64,000 nucleotides of DNA from Amoebophrya sp. A120. Taxonomy: Eukaryota; Protista; Dinoflagellata. Location of the stretch: NCBI GenBank assembly GCA_905178155.1, contig CAJINV010000003.1, positions 5,795,985-5,859,984 of the forward strand, in the 5' to 3' direction. The notes under the pieces were generated by a model that was not told the origin of the DNA, did not search any database, and saw nothing but the letters and a program-made list of their open reading frames with translations. Shown here in pieces: positions 63,830-64,000 of the stretch. The number at the start of each line of letters is the position of its first letter. Within the stretch, counting starts at the first letter, position 1. A program made the translations under genes and the position numbers.

Positions 63830-64000
63830 GTACTGAAGTACTTGTTTGCTTTTTGATATTCCGATAGTTCGTTTATCAATCTGGGCTTGCCAGACTTGAT
63901 ATCGATACGATTTTGATTCGCATCATCGATCTATCTTCAACATATTAAAACGAGGACACATACATAAGCCTTTAACTCACAACTGTGATTTCTCCGCCTT

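Overview
This is eukaryotic, gene-dense genomic DNA, not a prokaryotic window. About 19 protein-coding genes all lie on the + strand, with GC-rich exons and short AT-richer introns and spacers. That architecture, together with abundant non-GT-AG introns, points to a parasitic syndinian dinoflagellate such as Amoebophrya (inference). Recognisable genes are: a SAMHD1-like HD dNTPase, a secreted PAN/apple protein, a CCHC+RRM protein, a PX-domain coiled-coil protein, an SLC22/OCT-like MFS transporter, an LRR protein, TTC5, a qRRM protein, a fucosyltransferase-like enzyme, a CHCH-like protein, an EF-hand-like protein, a methyltransferase-GT32 fusion, a TTLL enzyme, a GT34-like enzyme and an AFG1 ATPase. 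The main signal is a set of about 15 small (104-321 bp) non-autonomous transposon-like introns (introners). Most start TAT and end ATA, carry terminal inverted repeats (TIRs) and are flanked by a 5-bp direct repeat (TSD). Removing the element plus one repeat copy restores the reading frame, even inside catalytic motifs, yet most offer no GT/GC-AG pair. One family occurs in both orientations relative to the host transcript. Different families share an internal GT(C/G)ATGC motif. Some older copies have acquired GT-AG ends. All gene models and alignments were read by eye; no database search was run.
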